From: the human T2T-CHM13v2.0 reference genome, Homo sapiens
DNA: 64,000 nucleotides
Strand: one strand, 5' to 3'
NCBI RefSeq assembly: GCF_009914755.1
Contig: NC_060929.1
Shown: positions 31,976 through 44,609 of the stretch, piece after piece
How the letters are laid out: every line of letters begins with the position of its first letter
Numbering within the stretch: the stretch's first letter is position 1
Program-made: the position numbers and the translations under genes
The notes under the pieces: generated by a model
Database searches by the model: none
Seen by the model: the letters and a program-made list of their open reading frames with translations, nothing else
What the model was told of the DNA's origin: nothing

Positions 31976-32625
31976 ATAGTCATAAGCCGAATAACATTTC
32001 CATCAATGACAGACAGCATATACATTTGTGGTTCCATAACTTTTGCCTAGTGACGCCTTAGTCAACTTAATTATAGCATGCAGCATTACCCACCTGCTTA
32101 TGGTGATCTTGGTGTAACAAACCTATTATACTGCAAGTCATGTAAGAGTATAGCACATACAATTATGTGTAGTGCAAAATACTTGATAATAAGTGACTAG
32201 GTAACCGGCTTTATGTATTTACTATATTATATATGTTGTCCTTATTTTAGAGTATACTCCTTCTACTTATTAAAAAAATTATCTGTGAAATAGCCCCAAG
32301 CAGGTCCTTCAGGAGTATTTCAGAAGAAGGAATTGTTATGAGAGATGACAGATCCATGTGTGTTACTACCCTAGAAGACCTTCCAGTGAGACAACATGTG
32401 GAAATGGAAGACAGTGATATCGATGATCCTGACCTTGTGTAGGCAGAGGCTAATGCTAATGTGTGCTTATGTTTCAGTTTTTAACAAAAAAGTGTAACAA
32501 GCAAAAATGAAAAATTTTAAAATAGAAAAAAGGAGACAGAATAAGGATATAAACAACGAAAACATTCAGTGCCCTATACAGATGTATGATATTTTATCTT
32601 TTATACCATTCTTTTACAGAACACT
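31976..32625 (-). mobile_element. Tigger3b-like TcMar DNA transposon, fragment 1
   Basis: GCAGGTCCTTCAGGAG...GAAGACCTTCCAGTG...GGAAGACAGTGATATCGATGATCCTGACC. Confidence 0.85.
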
Positions 32626-32654
32626 ATATCACTCATCAATAAAAATGCATTCTG

Positions 32655-32980
32655 GTTCTGGGAACACTGGCTCATGCCTGTAGTCCCAACACTTTGGGAG
32701 GCCAAGGAGGGAGGATCACTTGAGATCAGGAGTTCAAGACTAGCTGGGGCAACATAGCAATACCATATCTCTATAAAAGGTTTAAAAAAAAAAAAGCCAG
32801 TTGTGGTGGCATGTGCCTGCAGTCCTAGCTAATCAAGAGGCTGAAGTGAGAGTATGACTTGATCCCTGAGAAGTCGAGGCTGCAGTGAGCCATTATTGTG
32901 CCACTGCACTCCACCCTGGGTGACAGAGCAAGATCCTGTCTCTAATAATAATAATAGTAACAATAATAATGTAAAAAATA
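32655..32980 (+). mobile_element. AluJ with (AAT)n tail
   Basis: GGAGGATCACTTGAG...GAGGCTGCAGTGAGCCATTATTG are J-type diagnostics. Confidence 0.9.
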
Positions 32981-33024
32981 AAATATTTAAAGTATTTTTC
33001 AGTGTTGCATATGGAAACCTGAAA

Positions 33025-33470
33025 ACAAATTCTGAGAAATGCATTGTAAGGCACTGTTATCATTGTTCAAACATCAGAGAGCACCTACGCAAACCTAGAT
33101 GGCATAGCTTTCTGCAGCACACCTAGGCTATATGGTGTAGCATATTTCTCCTAGACAAACCTGTACAGCAGGTTACTGTACTGAATACTGTAAGCATCTC
33201 AAGCAACATGGTAAATATTTGTGTATTTAAACATAGAGAAACACAGGAAAGTTACAGTAAAACTAGAATAAGAGATAAAAAAAAAATGGTACACCTGTAT
33301 TGCCACTTACAATGGCTATACAGGTAAGACATGGAGCTCTCAGAACTGGAAGTTCCTCTGGGTGAGTCAGTGAGTTGGTGGTGAGTAAACGTGAAGGCCT
33401 AGGGCATTACTGTACACTACTGTAGACTTTATAAACACCATTAAACTACACTAAATTCTTCTAAAAATTT
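33025..33470 (+). mobile_element. Tigger3b-like fragment 2 (opposite orientation to fragment 1)
   Basis: TTCTGAGAAATGC...CAAACCTAGATGG...ACCTAGGCTATATGG...GGGTGAGTCAGTGAG...CTGTACACTACTGTAGACTTTATAAACAC. Confidence 0.85.
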
Positions 33471-35011
33471 TTTCTTAGGCAGCTAGAGAGAAGATGCAGG
33501 TCACCTACAAAGGGAATCCCATCAGGCTAACAGCAAATCTCTAAGAAGAAACCCTATGAACCAGAGAAGATTGGGAGCCTATATTCAGTATTCTTAAAGA
33601 AAGAAATTTCCAATCAATAATTTCATATCTAGCCAAACTAAGCTTTAAAAAAAAAAAGAAATACAATCCTTTCTCAAACAAACAAATGCTAAAAGAACTT
33701 ATTACCACCAGACCTACCTTACAAGAGGTATTGAAGGAGTGCTAAACATAGAAAGAAAAGACCAATACTGGCCACTACAAAAACACATTAAGCACACAGA
33801 CCTGTGAAACTATAAAGCAACCACACAAACAAGTCTGCATAATAATCAGCTAACAATGCAATGACAGGACCAAATCCACACATAGCAATACTAACCTTGA
33901 ATGTAAACAGGCTAAATGTCCCAATTAAAAGACACAAGTGGCAAACCGGATAAAGAAGAAAGACCCAATGGTATGGTGTCTTCAAGAGACCAATCTCACA
34001 TGCAGTGCTCATAGGCTCAAAGAAAAGGGATGGAAAAAAATCTACCACATAAACAGGAAACAGAAAAAAAGCATGGGTTGCTATTCTAATTTTATACAAA
34101 ATATATTTTAAACCAACAAAAATCAAAAGAGACAAAACCGTTACGTAATGGTAAAGGGCTCAATTCAACAAGAAGACCTAACTTGCCTAAATATATGATC
34201 ACTCAACACAGGAGTACTCAGATTCATAAATCAAGTTGTTAGAGGCCTATAAAGAGCTTTATATAACCATATCATAATAGTTGGAGACTTCAACATTCCA
34301 CTGACAGTATTAGAGAGATCATCAAGGCAGAAAACTAACAAAGATATTCTGGACCTGCACTTGACACTTGATCAAATGAATCTAACAGACATCTATAAAA
34401 CTCTCCATCCAAAAACAACAGAATATACATTCTTTTCATTTGCACATGGCATTCACTCTAAAACTGCACACATGATTGACCATAAAACAATTCTCAGCAA
34501 ATTCTGAAAAATCAAAATCATACCAACCACACTGTCAGACCACAGCACAACAAAAGTAGAAATCAGTACTAAGAAAATTGCTTAAACCATACAACTACAT
34601 GGAAATTAAACAATCTGCTCCTGAATGACTTTTGCGTAGATAATAAAATTAAGGTAAAAATCAAAAAATTTTTTGAGACTAATGAGAACAAAGATACAAC
34701 ATACCAGGTTTTGTGGGACACAGCTAATGCAGTGTTAAGGAGCAAGTTTGTAGCACTACACCCTCATAACAAAAAAATTGAAAGATCTCAAATTAACAAC
34801 CTAACGTTACACCTAGAGAAACAAGAGCAACCTCAAAGCTAGCAGAAGACAATAACCAAAATTGAAAGGAAATGGAGATACAAAATCCCATACAAAAGAT
34901 CAACAAATTCTTACTTTCTTATTTGAAAGAAGTATTAAGATAAGCAGATAATTAGCTGGACTAATAAAGATAAAAAATAGAGAAGATTCAAATAACACAA
35001 TCAGAAATGAC

Positions 35012-35634
35012 ATTGTTGCAGCACTGTTTACAATAGCTAAGATTTGGAAGCAACCTAAGTGTCCATCAACAGATGAATGGATAAAGAAATTACACATACA
35101 CATGATGGAGTACTATTTGGCTATTGATAAGAATGAGATCCAGTCATTTGCAACAACAAGATGGAACTGAAGGTCATTATGTTTAGTGAAATAAGCAACA
35201 TTTCACACAGAAAGACAAACATTGCATGTTCTCACTTATTTGTGAGTTCTAAAAGTCAAAACAATTGTAGTCATGGACATACAGAGTGGAAGAATGGTTA
35301 CCAGAGGTTGGGAGGGGAAATGGGGCATTGTGTGGGGGGGGGATGATTAATGGGTACAAAGAAATAGAAAGAGTGAATGACACCTACTATTTTATAGCAC
35401 AATAAAGTGATTACAGTAAATAATAACCAAATTATATAATTTTAAATGACTTAAAAATGTAATTGGATTGCTCGTAACTCAAAGGATAAATGCTGGAGGG
35501 GATGGATACTCTATTCTACCTGATGTGCTTATTTCACACTGTATGCCTGTATCACACCATCTTATGTACCTCAAAAATATATACAGTGACTATGTACCCA
35601 CAAAAATTTTGAAAAATAAAAACAAGAAATTAAA
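35012..35634 (+). mobile_element. L1MA2-like 3' end inserted in L1PA16
   Basis: GTAACTCAAAGGATAAATGCT..AGGGGATGGATAC...CTATGTACCCACAAAAAT. TSD AGAAATGAC at 35003-35011 and 35635-35643. Confidence 0.85.
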
Positions 35635-36315
35635 AGAAATGACTAAAGGAAAATTACCGCTGACCCCCAGAAACACAAAAAATCTTAACAGATGACTATA
35701 AGCATGTTCTCTATGCACACAAACTAGAAAACCTAGAAATGGACAAATTTCTGGAAACATACATCTTTACAAGATTGAGCCAGGAAGAAATTGAATCCCT
35801 GAACACACCAGTAACAATTTCCAAAACTGAATCACTAATAAAAAGCATACCAACCAGAAAAAGCTGAGAACCAGAAGGATTTACAGCCAAATTCTGCCAG
35901 ATATATAAAGAAGAGCTGGTACTATTCCTACTGAAACAACTCCAAAATATTGAAAAGGAGAAACTCCTCTCTAACTCATTCTATGAGGCCAACATCATCC
36001 TGATACCAAAACCTGGCAGAAATACAACAAAGAAAGTAAACTTCAGGCCAATATCCTTGATGAACATTGATGCAAAAATCCTCAACAAAATACTAGCAAA
36101 CCAAATCCAGCATCACATCAAAAAGCTAATCCACCACAATCAAGCAGGATTTATTCCTGAAATTCAAAGTTGGTTCAACATATGCAAATCAATACATATG
36201 ATTCATCACATAAACAGAATAAAAACAAAAGCCACATGATTATCTCAAAAGATGCTGAAAAGGTTTTCAATAAAATTTCAATAAAATTCAACACCCCTTA
36301 ATGTTAAAAACCCTT

Positions 36316-36840
36316 GTAATAGAATGGTTTATATTCCTTTGGGTATACATGCAAGGGTATATTCATTGTAGCACTATTCACAATAGCAAAGACATGGAAT
36401 CGATCCAAATGCCCATCACTGATAGACTGGATAAAGAAAATGTGGCACATATACACCATGGAATACTATGCAGCCATAAAAAGGAATGAAATTATGTCCT
36501 TTGCAGGGACACGAATCGAACTGGAAGCCATTATCCTCAGCAAATTAACACATCAACAAAAAAGCAAACACTGCATGTTCTCCCTTATAAGTGGGAGGTG
36601 AATAGTGAGAACACATGGACACAGGGAGGGGAACATCACAAACTGGAGCCTGTCAGCAGGTGGGGCAGGGGGAGTGAGAGCATTAGGAAAAATAGCTAAT
36701 GCATGTCGGGCTTAACCCCTAGGTGATAGGTTCATAGGTGCAGCAAACCACCATGGCACACGTTTACCTATGTAACAAACCTGCACATCCTGCATATGTG
36801 CCCTGGAAATTAAAATTAAAATTAAAATTAAAAAAAAACA
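36316..36840 (+). mobile_element. L1PA11-13-like 3' end with short 5' inversion, inserted in L1PA16
   Basis: 3'UTR GGAAAAATAGCTAATGCATG..GGGCTTAA...CCTGCACATCCTGCA. 36316-36347 is antisense L1. Confidence 0.85.
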
Positions 36841-38244
36841 AACCTTTAACAAACTGGCAAAGACTTAGTGAGGAAGACTTCAAAAGCAATTGCAACAAAA
36901 ATGAAAATTGACAAGCAGGACCTAATTAAACTAAAGAGCTTCTACACAGCAAAATAAACTATCAACAAAATAAACAGACAGCTGACAGGATGGTAGAAAA
37001 TATTTGAAAACTATGCATGTGACAAAAGTCTAATATCTAGCATCTGTAAGAAACTTAAACAATTTACCAAACAAAAAATTAACAATCCCATTAAAAAGTG
37101 GGCAAAAGACATGAACAGACATTTCTTGAAAGAAGACATACATGTGACCAATAAGCATATGAAAAAATGCTCAATTATTAATCAGTAGGGAAAAGAAAAT
37201 CAAAACCACATGAGATACCATCTCATACCAGTCAGAATGACTATTGTTAAAAAGTCAAAAAATAACAGATGCTGGTGAGGTTGTGGAGAAAAGGGGACAC
37301 TTACACACTGCTGGTAGAATGTACATTAGTTCAGTCACCATGAAGAGCAGTTTAATGATTTCTCAAAGAAATTAAAACAGAACTACCGTTTGACCTAGCA
37401 ATCCCATTACTGGGTATATACCCAAAGGAATATAAATCGTTCTACCATAAAGACACATGCACTCATAAGTTCATAGCATCACTACTCACAATAGCAAAGA
37501 TATGGAATCAACCCAGATGTCCAACATAGATGGAATGGATTAAGAAAATGTGGTACATATACTTCATGGAATCCTGCACAGCCGTAAGAATGAAATCATG
37601 TCTTTGCAGCAACATGGATGTAGCTGAAGGCCATTATCCTAACCTAATTAAAGCAGGAATAGAAAACCAAATACTTCATATTCTCACGTATAAGTGGAAC
37701 TAAACATTGAGTATATATAGACACAAAAATGGAACAATAGGAACTAGAGCCTACTTGAAGATGGAGGGTGAGAGGACAGTGAGAATTGAAAAAGTACCTA
37801 TTGGGTATATGCAGATTACCTGAGTTACAAAATTATCTGTAGACCAAACCCCTGTGACATGCAATTTACCAATATAACAAACCTGCACACATAACCCCTT
37901 AGCCTAACATAAAAATTGGAAAGAAACATAAAATTTAATATTTAATATACTTTAGGCATTTGCTTTATTTAAAAAATTTATAGAATGAAATATGCACTTT
38001 ACTATTAGAACCTTATAAAATATTGATCCTTTTAGAAATAAGATATAATTGTCCATTTTAATTACCTTTTGATCTCTCATGAAATAACCATGTCTTTTAT
38101 TTTTGTTGTTAGCATTTTCATGGTGTAATTTAAATATTTCTTACAGTCAACCATTCTGTAGACTTTATTGAAGCCATAGTTTCTTAAAAGTAGTAGCTGA
38201 AGTTATTTCTGTTATGATTGTGTTTTTACCCAGTTGTCTGGCTT

Positions 38245-38915
38245 TTTTAAAAATTACAGTCAATTATATATAACATAAAAATTTCCAATTTTACCAGTTT
38301 TAAGTGTGCAACTGAGTGCCATTAATTATGTTTGTAGTATTGTGCAAACATCACCACTATTTCTATAATTTTTTCATCGCCTCAAACAGAAAATCTGTAC
38401 AAAGTAGGCAGTAAGTTTTCTTTCCCCCTTCTCTCTCGAACCTTGGTAACTAATATAGTTTCTGTCTCCATAAGTTTGCCTACTTTAGATATTTCAGTGC
38501 CCTGCACAATAGCTCATGTCTAAAATCCCAGCACTTTGGGAGACTGAGACAGGAGAATCGTTTGAGGCTAGGAGTCTGAGACCAAGTCAGGCAACATAGT
38601 GAGTCTATATGTCTACAAGAGACTTTTTTTTTTAATTAGCTGGGCAGGGTGGCAAATGCCTGTGGTCTCAGCTACTCAGGGGGTGAGGTGGGAGGATCAT
38701 TTGAGGCAAGGGGTTGAGGTTGTAGTGAGCCATAATCTTGCCACTTCACTCTAGTCTGGGTGACAGACTGAGACACTGTCTCAAAAAAAAAAAAAAAAAA
38801 GATATGTCGTATAAGTGGAATCATAATAATTTCTCCTTTCTGCCTGATTTTACTTGGCATGTTTTCAAGGTGCATCCATATTGTAGCTCGTATCAGAACT
38901 TCCTTCTTATGTCTC
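38245..38915 (-). mobile_element. L1MB-type 3' end, split by an Alu
   Basis: TTGTGCAAACATCACCACTAT...TTTCTGTCTCCATAAGTTTGCCTACTTTAGATATTTCA [Alu] ..ATAAGTGGAATCATA...TTTTCAAGGTGCATCCATATTGTAGC. Confidence 0.8.
38497..38800 (+). mobile_element. AluJ
   Basis: Diverged dimeric Alu with poly(A); degenerate TSD AGATATTTCA/AGATATGTCG. Confidence 0.9.
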
Positions 38916-39396
38916 AATAATGAGTGTTTGTTTTTAATTGAGAAATTTAATAAGATCATATTAACTTTGAAAATAACTATTGTGGCCTTATTGATAATAA
39001 GTACTTTAGTATAGCTTTTCTTCTGCTGTATGGTTGGTGACAACTGTTATTTTTACTGACGTTCTGTTTTGCATGTGTTGCATTAAGGATTCTCTTAGTT
39101 TATTTTTCATATTCACCTCTATACCTTAGATATCGCCACTCGTTTGTCCTTTACTGGCTACTGTCCTCACTAATATTCTAGTATTATGATGGCTTTTTTT
39201 TTATCCTGACATTGCTTCAATTATTTCTTTGAATCTTGCCAAAAGAGATATGTTCATAAGACTACCTTACTGAAGAAACAATTACTATATTAAAAACTCT
39301 ATTAAAATTTTTATCTTTACATAGTTTTTTAAGTTATAGGACAATCAGTTATATATTATGTGGATTTTTTCTAATTAGCATTTCTCATTCACTAAG

Positions 39397-39750
39397 GCTT
39401 CCATATCTTTCCAAATGCTGCTGCTGATTTGTTCACATAGAAGCCTATTCATCATCCTGCAAGATGAAGTTGGATATCTTTCACCGTCTTTTTGAAGTCA
39501 TCATCAGTTTTCCTCTCCTACCCCCAGGCATGAGTTTTGTATCACTTACATTTATGCTCCACAATGGGAATATTGATTTGGCCCAAATAAGACATTCAAC
39601 AAATTCTTAATGAGTGGATCAATGAAGATTCCTGCAAACAAAATCCAGGGAAATCCTTGAGTTGCACAGTGGATTGTCCATTTCTCTTGTATTCATTTTC
39701 CTAAGCTCTGTCAACAAGCAGGAATAAACTTAATCTTAGCAAGTTTTAAG
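39397..39750 (+). other. Candidate terminal exon overlapping an L2 remnant
   Basis: Branch-like TTCTAAT followed by TTTCTCATTCACTAAG|GC; AATAAA at 39723; L2-like CATTCAACAAATTCTTAATGAGTGGATCAATGAA. Confidence 0.25.
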
Positions 39751-42139
39751 TGACAAATAAAACCATCCTAATTTATGCAAAAGGGTCATTGTACTTGGGT
39801 CCTAAGAGTGGTACAAAATCCCCTGCTTCTCTGCTTTTGTGGAAAACATTAATTCTGATGTCTAAATAGCCTTTCCCAAATCACTTGCTGAAAGTGTGAC
39901 TCTGAAAAACTCATATAGTCATTCTCATTTCTGTTTTCTCTTCAGCAAAAAAATGAGAAATATTTCTATATTTTATTGGGATTGAAATGTAGTATCGATA
40001 TTATATTTACTGGAATTTTTTGAAATGCAGGAATTCCTTGTATATTTTAGATATGTTTGATGGCATGTGAAATTGTATGTATTTTCTCAGCCTGATATTT
40101 TTTGTTCCTTTTCATAATATTTTATATTTTCTTTCTAATACTGACTGTTCATATCTCTTATAGAACCTTCCATTAATTATTTCTCTTCCTTTCAGAGTAC
40201 TGCCTCTAATTGTGCTTTGCATTTCAAAAAGCAGATCTTTTTTCACTAAACATAGTAAGGCCTGTGTGTCTGATAGTATCTTTACTGACTTTCTCATTTC
40301 AATAAAAGTTTGGCATACAAAAAAACTAGGTTTAAAATTAATTTTCATTATTACTTTACATGTATTCCTCATTTCTCATATTTAGTGAGTGATTCAATCA
40401 AATTAGAAATAGGTATTTTCAAAGTTACTATTGAAATGTGTGATGTGAATAAGATTCCTCTGCAGGCTACACACTTTCTGGAATCTTTTTACAGTTTAGC
40501 TTTTAAAATTTCCATCTTAAGAGTATAGTTATTCATTTTTCTCATTTATTCTGTTTGGCACTCTTTGAGCTCTTTGAATTGGAGGACTTTTATCTTTTGT
40601 TAGTTCTGGAACTAATGTGTCATTTTTAATCCAAATATTTCTATTTTTTTCTCTCATTTGTTTGGCTATTAGTTTATTTTGTTAATTTGGCCTTTTAACT
40701 ATTTTATATCACTCAGCATTTTCTTTTATAAGTATTTTCCCTAGCTTAACTACTTCCTTCTGACTATAAAAATGTTTGTGGACTTGCCTTCCAGCTTGCT
40801 GTTTGTCTTTAATCATTTCAATTTTGCTGTTTATATTTTTCTTTTTTCCTTTTGTTAAAAAAATTAATGAGACAAAATACATACACAATACATATATATG
40901 CATGCATATGTGCATACATGTTATCATATCAGTTTATTGTTTCTAATATACACACACATGCACAAACATAATTTTTTATTTCCATTTTAAGGTAACAATA
41001 TCCTCCCTTAAATTTTCAAGACTGCTTATGAGATTTTAGGTATATTATTAAAGAAGTCCTGTGATATTTTGGGATGAGATCTTGTCTATTTTCATGGGTT
41101 TGCTCTCAAATTTGTAGTTGGTATACAATTTTCTTTTGGAAATATTCTAACATAATATTATTACCTCTATAGCACTGTTACCATGTATCAAATTTTGAAT
41201 TCTAATAAACAGGAGAGCAACCAAAAGTGATTTGATAAAAGCATAAAGATTTTAAATATTTTATCTAGAATCATGTGACATTTTGTTTGTTCCTTGATCC
41301 TGTTGAAGAAACATCACCATCACAAGTGATGGAAGAGTAGTAATTTTTATATGCTGTACAAAGGTTGAAGTCAAGTCACCTGGTACTTGCATAAAATTAT
41401 TATAATGTGAGGCCAAACTTCTGTTTTTGTGATTGTGGTAGGGAGGAAAATATAAAGCAGGTGGCCAACTCTGTTTGCAAATTATTCTTTGAGAATATTT
41501 TAATTTTTTAAAGAAAACAAATTTATTCCCCTAAGATATCATGTATGCATCAGATGTAACTTTGAACAATTCCAAGAAGCCAGAGTGAATGGTTTTGGCC
41601 ATCATCCCATGTATGATAGAACAGATTAACTGTCAAGCCACTAGCCATCAGGAGAAAAGAGTACTAAGAAGACAGGTGAAAAGCAGGTAAGTCCTACCCA
41701 AGCTCCCTTCTCCTCTCCACAGCATAAATGCTACCACTACCACCTATCCAGGACCTACAAAGAATTTACTTATAATAATTTGGAGGAGAATACTTCATTC
41801 AGTAGCTTCTGACACTTTGAAAAGGATCAGGGAGGAGATCATGATAATCTCAGTGCCATATTCATAAACCAATCCTGGAGTGCTGGAGATGCAATGACTT
41901 GTTATACTACCACTCTTACAAATAAACCTACTAAAGCTATTACAGGATAGAAGTCTGGGGAGCCCTATGAAAACACTTATTGTCTAAAAAAAAGCCATTA
42001 CAGTCAATACCTTCATGTGTGTTATCAGTCAAATCTTTCAAAGAGAGTAAGCACCCAGTCCTTATAAATAGATACGGTCAACAAGGAAGCGATGCCTTGG
42101 TGGCACTCATTTTGGGTTAAAATGTTGAATAAATAGCTG

Positions 42140-42850
42140 CCTTTTTATTTTTAGAAACATATAAATTTAGTAAAAGTAGTTACAAATACAGACTAAATTG
42201 GCAAATTTAATTGTATTTGGTTTTCTAGAAATAAATATTAAAATCTATAAATAAAAACTGTCACCACAGCCAAGAGATTTACCTCCAATTTTCCTTCAAA
42301 TTTACCTTCAAATTTTCCTCATACTCCCTTATAATCCTTGTTTCCTGTCTTTTCCTATCTCCCTCATCTTTAAGAAACCACTGATCTGCTTTCTGTCACC
42401 ATAGATTAGTTTGCAGTTTTCGAATTTTATGTAAATGAGGTCATAGATTATGTTTTCCTTTTTTGTCTCCTTTCACTCAGCATAGTTATACTGAAATTCA
42501 TTCATGTTACATTGTGTATCAATTTTTTATTGTCAAGTGGTATTCCATTATATGGGTATAAGACAATTTGTTCATTTGTTCTTTTGATTGACATTTAGGT
42601 TGTTTCCACTGACTGGCTATTGCAAATAAAGCTACTAAAAAGTTTCACGTACAAGCCTTTGTATGAACATGCACAGAAACCCTCTCAAGGCAATAACAGG
42701 ATTCCCCTTATTTGCTTCCCTTCTCTAATGAATTCTTCCTTGATGTCTAGATCTTGAAAACCATTTCTTTGTCTATTTTGTTGTTGTTTCATAAAATCAA
42801 AGGGTAAATCTGATCTCTTTTACTTGATTTTTTTTCCTGAAGTGAAGCTC
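42140..42850 (-). mobile_element. L1ME-type fragments (3' end 42140-42672; 5'-end-like piece 42675-42850)
   Basis: AACCACTGATCTGCTTTCTGTCACCATAGATTAGTTTGCA...GACATTTAGGTTGTTTCCAC...CAAATAAAGCTAC. Confidence 0.75.
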
Positions 42851-43622
42851 CTAAAAGGTCCCTGTCTCTCCTTCTATTTTTCAGATGATATATTTTTTAA
42901 AGAGGCAGATGGTAGGACCTTGTTCCAGAACACACTAGGCTCTTCACGGTGATTCTTCTATTGGCTTTTGCCATCGATGCTATCATATCCTACCACAGAT
43001 ACCATACTTACAATAGAGTTCACTAGGTTGTTGGACTAAAAAGGCAATGTGCTTGAATTTCAGCCTGGACCTGCTACAAAGTGCTTTTGCCTCACTCAAA
43101 GAGGGCAGCCTTCTTTGTCACTCAGTAACTGGGTTGGAGCAGAATTCCCAGTAATGTAATAAGCTGCAGCCCCATCTGAAGAGATCTACCAAAAATTGTC
43201 CTCCCTACCTAGAGGAGAGAAACTTAAGATGGAGGAACATCTGAGATGGAGGTAAATTTGAGGTGGAGGTAAATTTGAGATGGAATAGCTGGTTTTATTT
43301 GAAGGGGAATAAAATACTTGAGAATGCAATAATTTGGCTTTTATTTGGAGAGATGTTTTCAACATGGCCAAGACCCTTGACACTCTAAAAACTTCACTGA
43401 GCTTCCAAATCTTTTTAGGGTTGTTTATCTCTCAATCTCTAGAGCACTTATATCTTGTCAAGACCTTTAATATTCTTACCATATATTGACCATCTGGTCT
43501 AAATAATACAACATGATGAAAGTGGTATACCATTAGGTTATTCTGTGGACTGAACAGCTGGTGCAGTTCCTATAGAACTATACTATTATGGAAGGTGAGA
43601 AAGTTAACATAGCTCTGAGGCA

Positions 43623-44431
43623 ATATTATCAATATACATTGCTGTCTGTCTCACATGAGTTCAAAGTGCTTTTGTTTCTTCTTTCTCACACAGAAGGAAA
43701 ATGTTAGGACTTCCACTTGGTTGCGTTTGTGTAGTACCCTATCATCTTCTAGCATCTGACTTGTAGGGGCCAGAAGAGTGAAATAAATGGTGATACAATT
43801 AAATATTCACCATCACTGAACTCTGTGGGTCTTTAAGGTTAGTGACATGCAGAGCCATTTCCCTTGGAGGTAATCTGATTTTGGATATACTCTCTTGGAC
43901 AGTGGCTTGGGTAGTTTCAGTGACTTCAACCTGGCTTTCCCCGCTGCGTTAGCTTTTTATTCACAGGTCAGGAAACTGACATGGTGGTTATACGAAACAT
44001 TTAGTATGTCCTCCGTTCCAACTATCTCCTGTATATTATCAGTATACATTGCTGTCTGTCTCACATGAGTTTAAAGTGCTTTTGTTTCTTTTTTCTCATA
44101 CAGAAGGAAAACATTAGGACTTCCACTTGGTTGAGTTTGTGTAGTACCGTATCATCTTCCAGCATCTGACTTGTAGGGGCCAGAAGAGTGAATTAAATGG
44201 TAATACAATTAAATGTTCACCATCACTGAACACTGTGGTTCTTTAAGGATAGTGACATGCAGAGGTAATATGATTTATCTTGGAGGTAATATGATTTTGG
44301 ATCTACTCTCTTGGGTAGTTTCAGTGACTTCAACCTGGCTTTGCCCACTGTGTTAGCTCTTTATTCACAGGTCAGGAAACTGACATGGTGGTTCTACAAA
44401 ATGTATAGTATGTTCATTCCAACTATCTCCT
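43623..44431. repeat. ~410-bp tandem duplication (43623-44030; 44033-44431)
   Basis: Both units run ATATTATCA.TATACATTGCTGTCTGTCTCACATGAG ... TTCCAACTATCTCCT. Confidence 0.95.
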
Positions 44432-44609
44432 CGGAGACCAAGAAAATGACCACTGGGTGGTTCTATCAACCTACTGGACTCATCACGAGCCAGGCCAGAG
44501 ATGTTTATCACTTTATTACTAGACTCATATGTTACAGCTATGTGGAATACAGAACAATGGTACCCTAAGGACATCATAGATTTGTCATTTCATAAATCTA
44601 TTTTTCCAT

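Larger units (their letters stand above)
33472..37926 (+). mobile_element. L1PA16-like element (ORF1 end, ORF2, 3'UTR), interrupted twice and internally deleted
   Basis: ORF1 end GTCACCTACAAAGGGAATCCCATCAGGCTAACAGC; ORF2 start ATGACAGGACCAAATCCACAC at 33861; 3'UTR GAAAAAGTACCTATTGGGTA...CCAAACCCCTGTGACATGCAATTTACC. Confidence 0.85.

Noticed and set aside
39580-39595. Apparent poly(A) signal in the candidate last exon
   Set aside because: It reads AATAAG, not AATAAA. The first true hexamer is at 39723.
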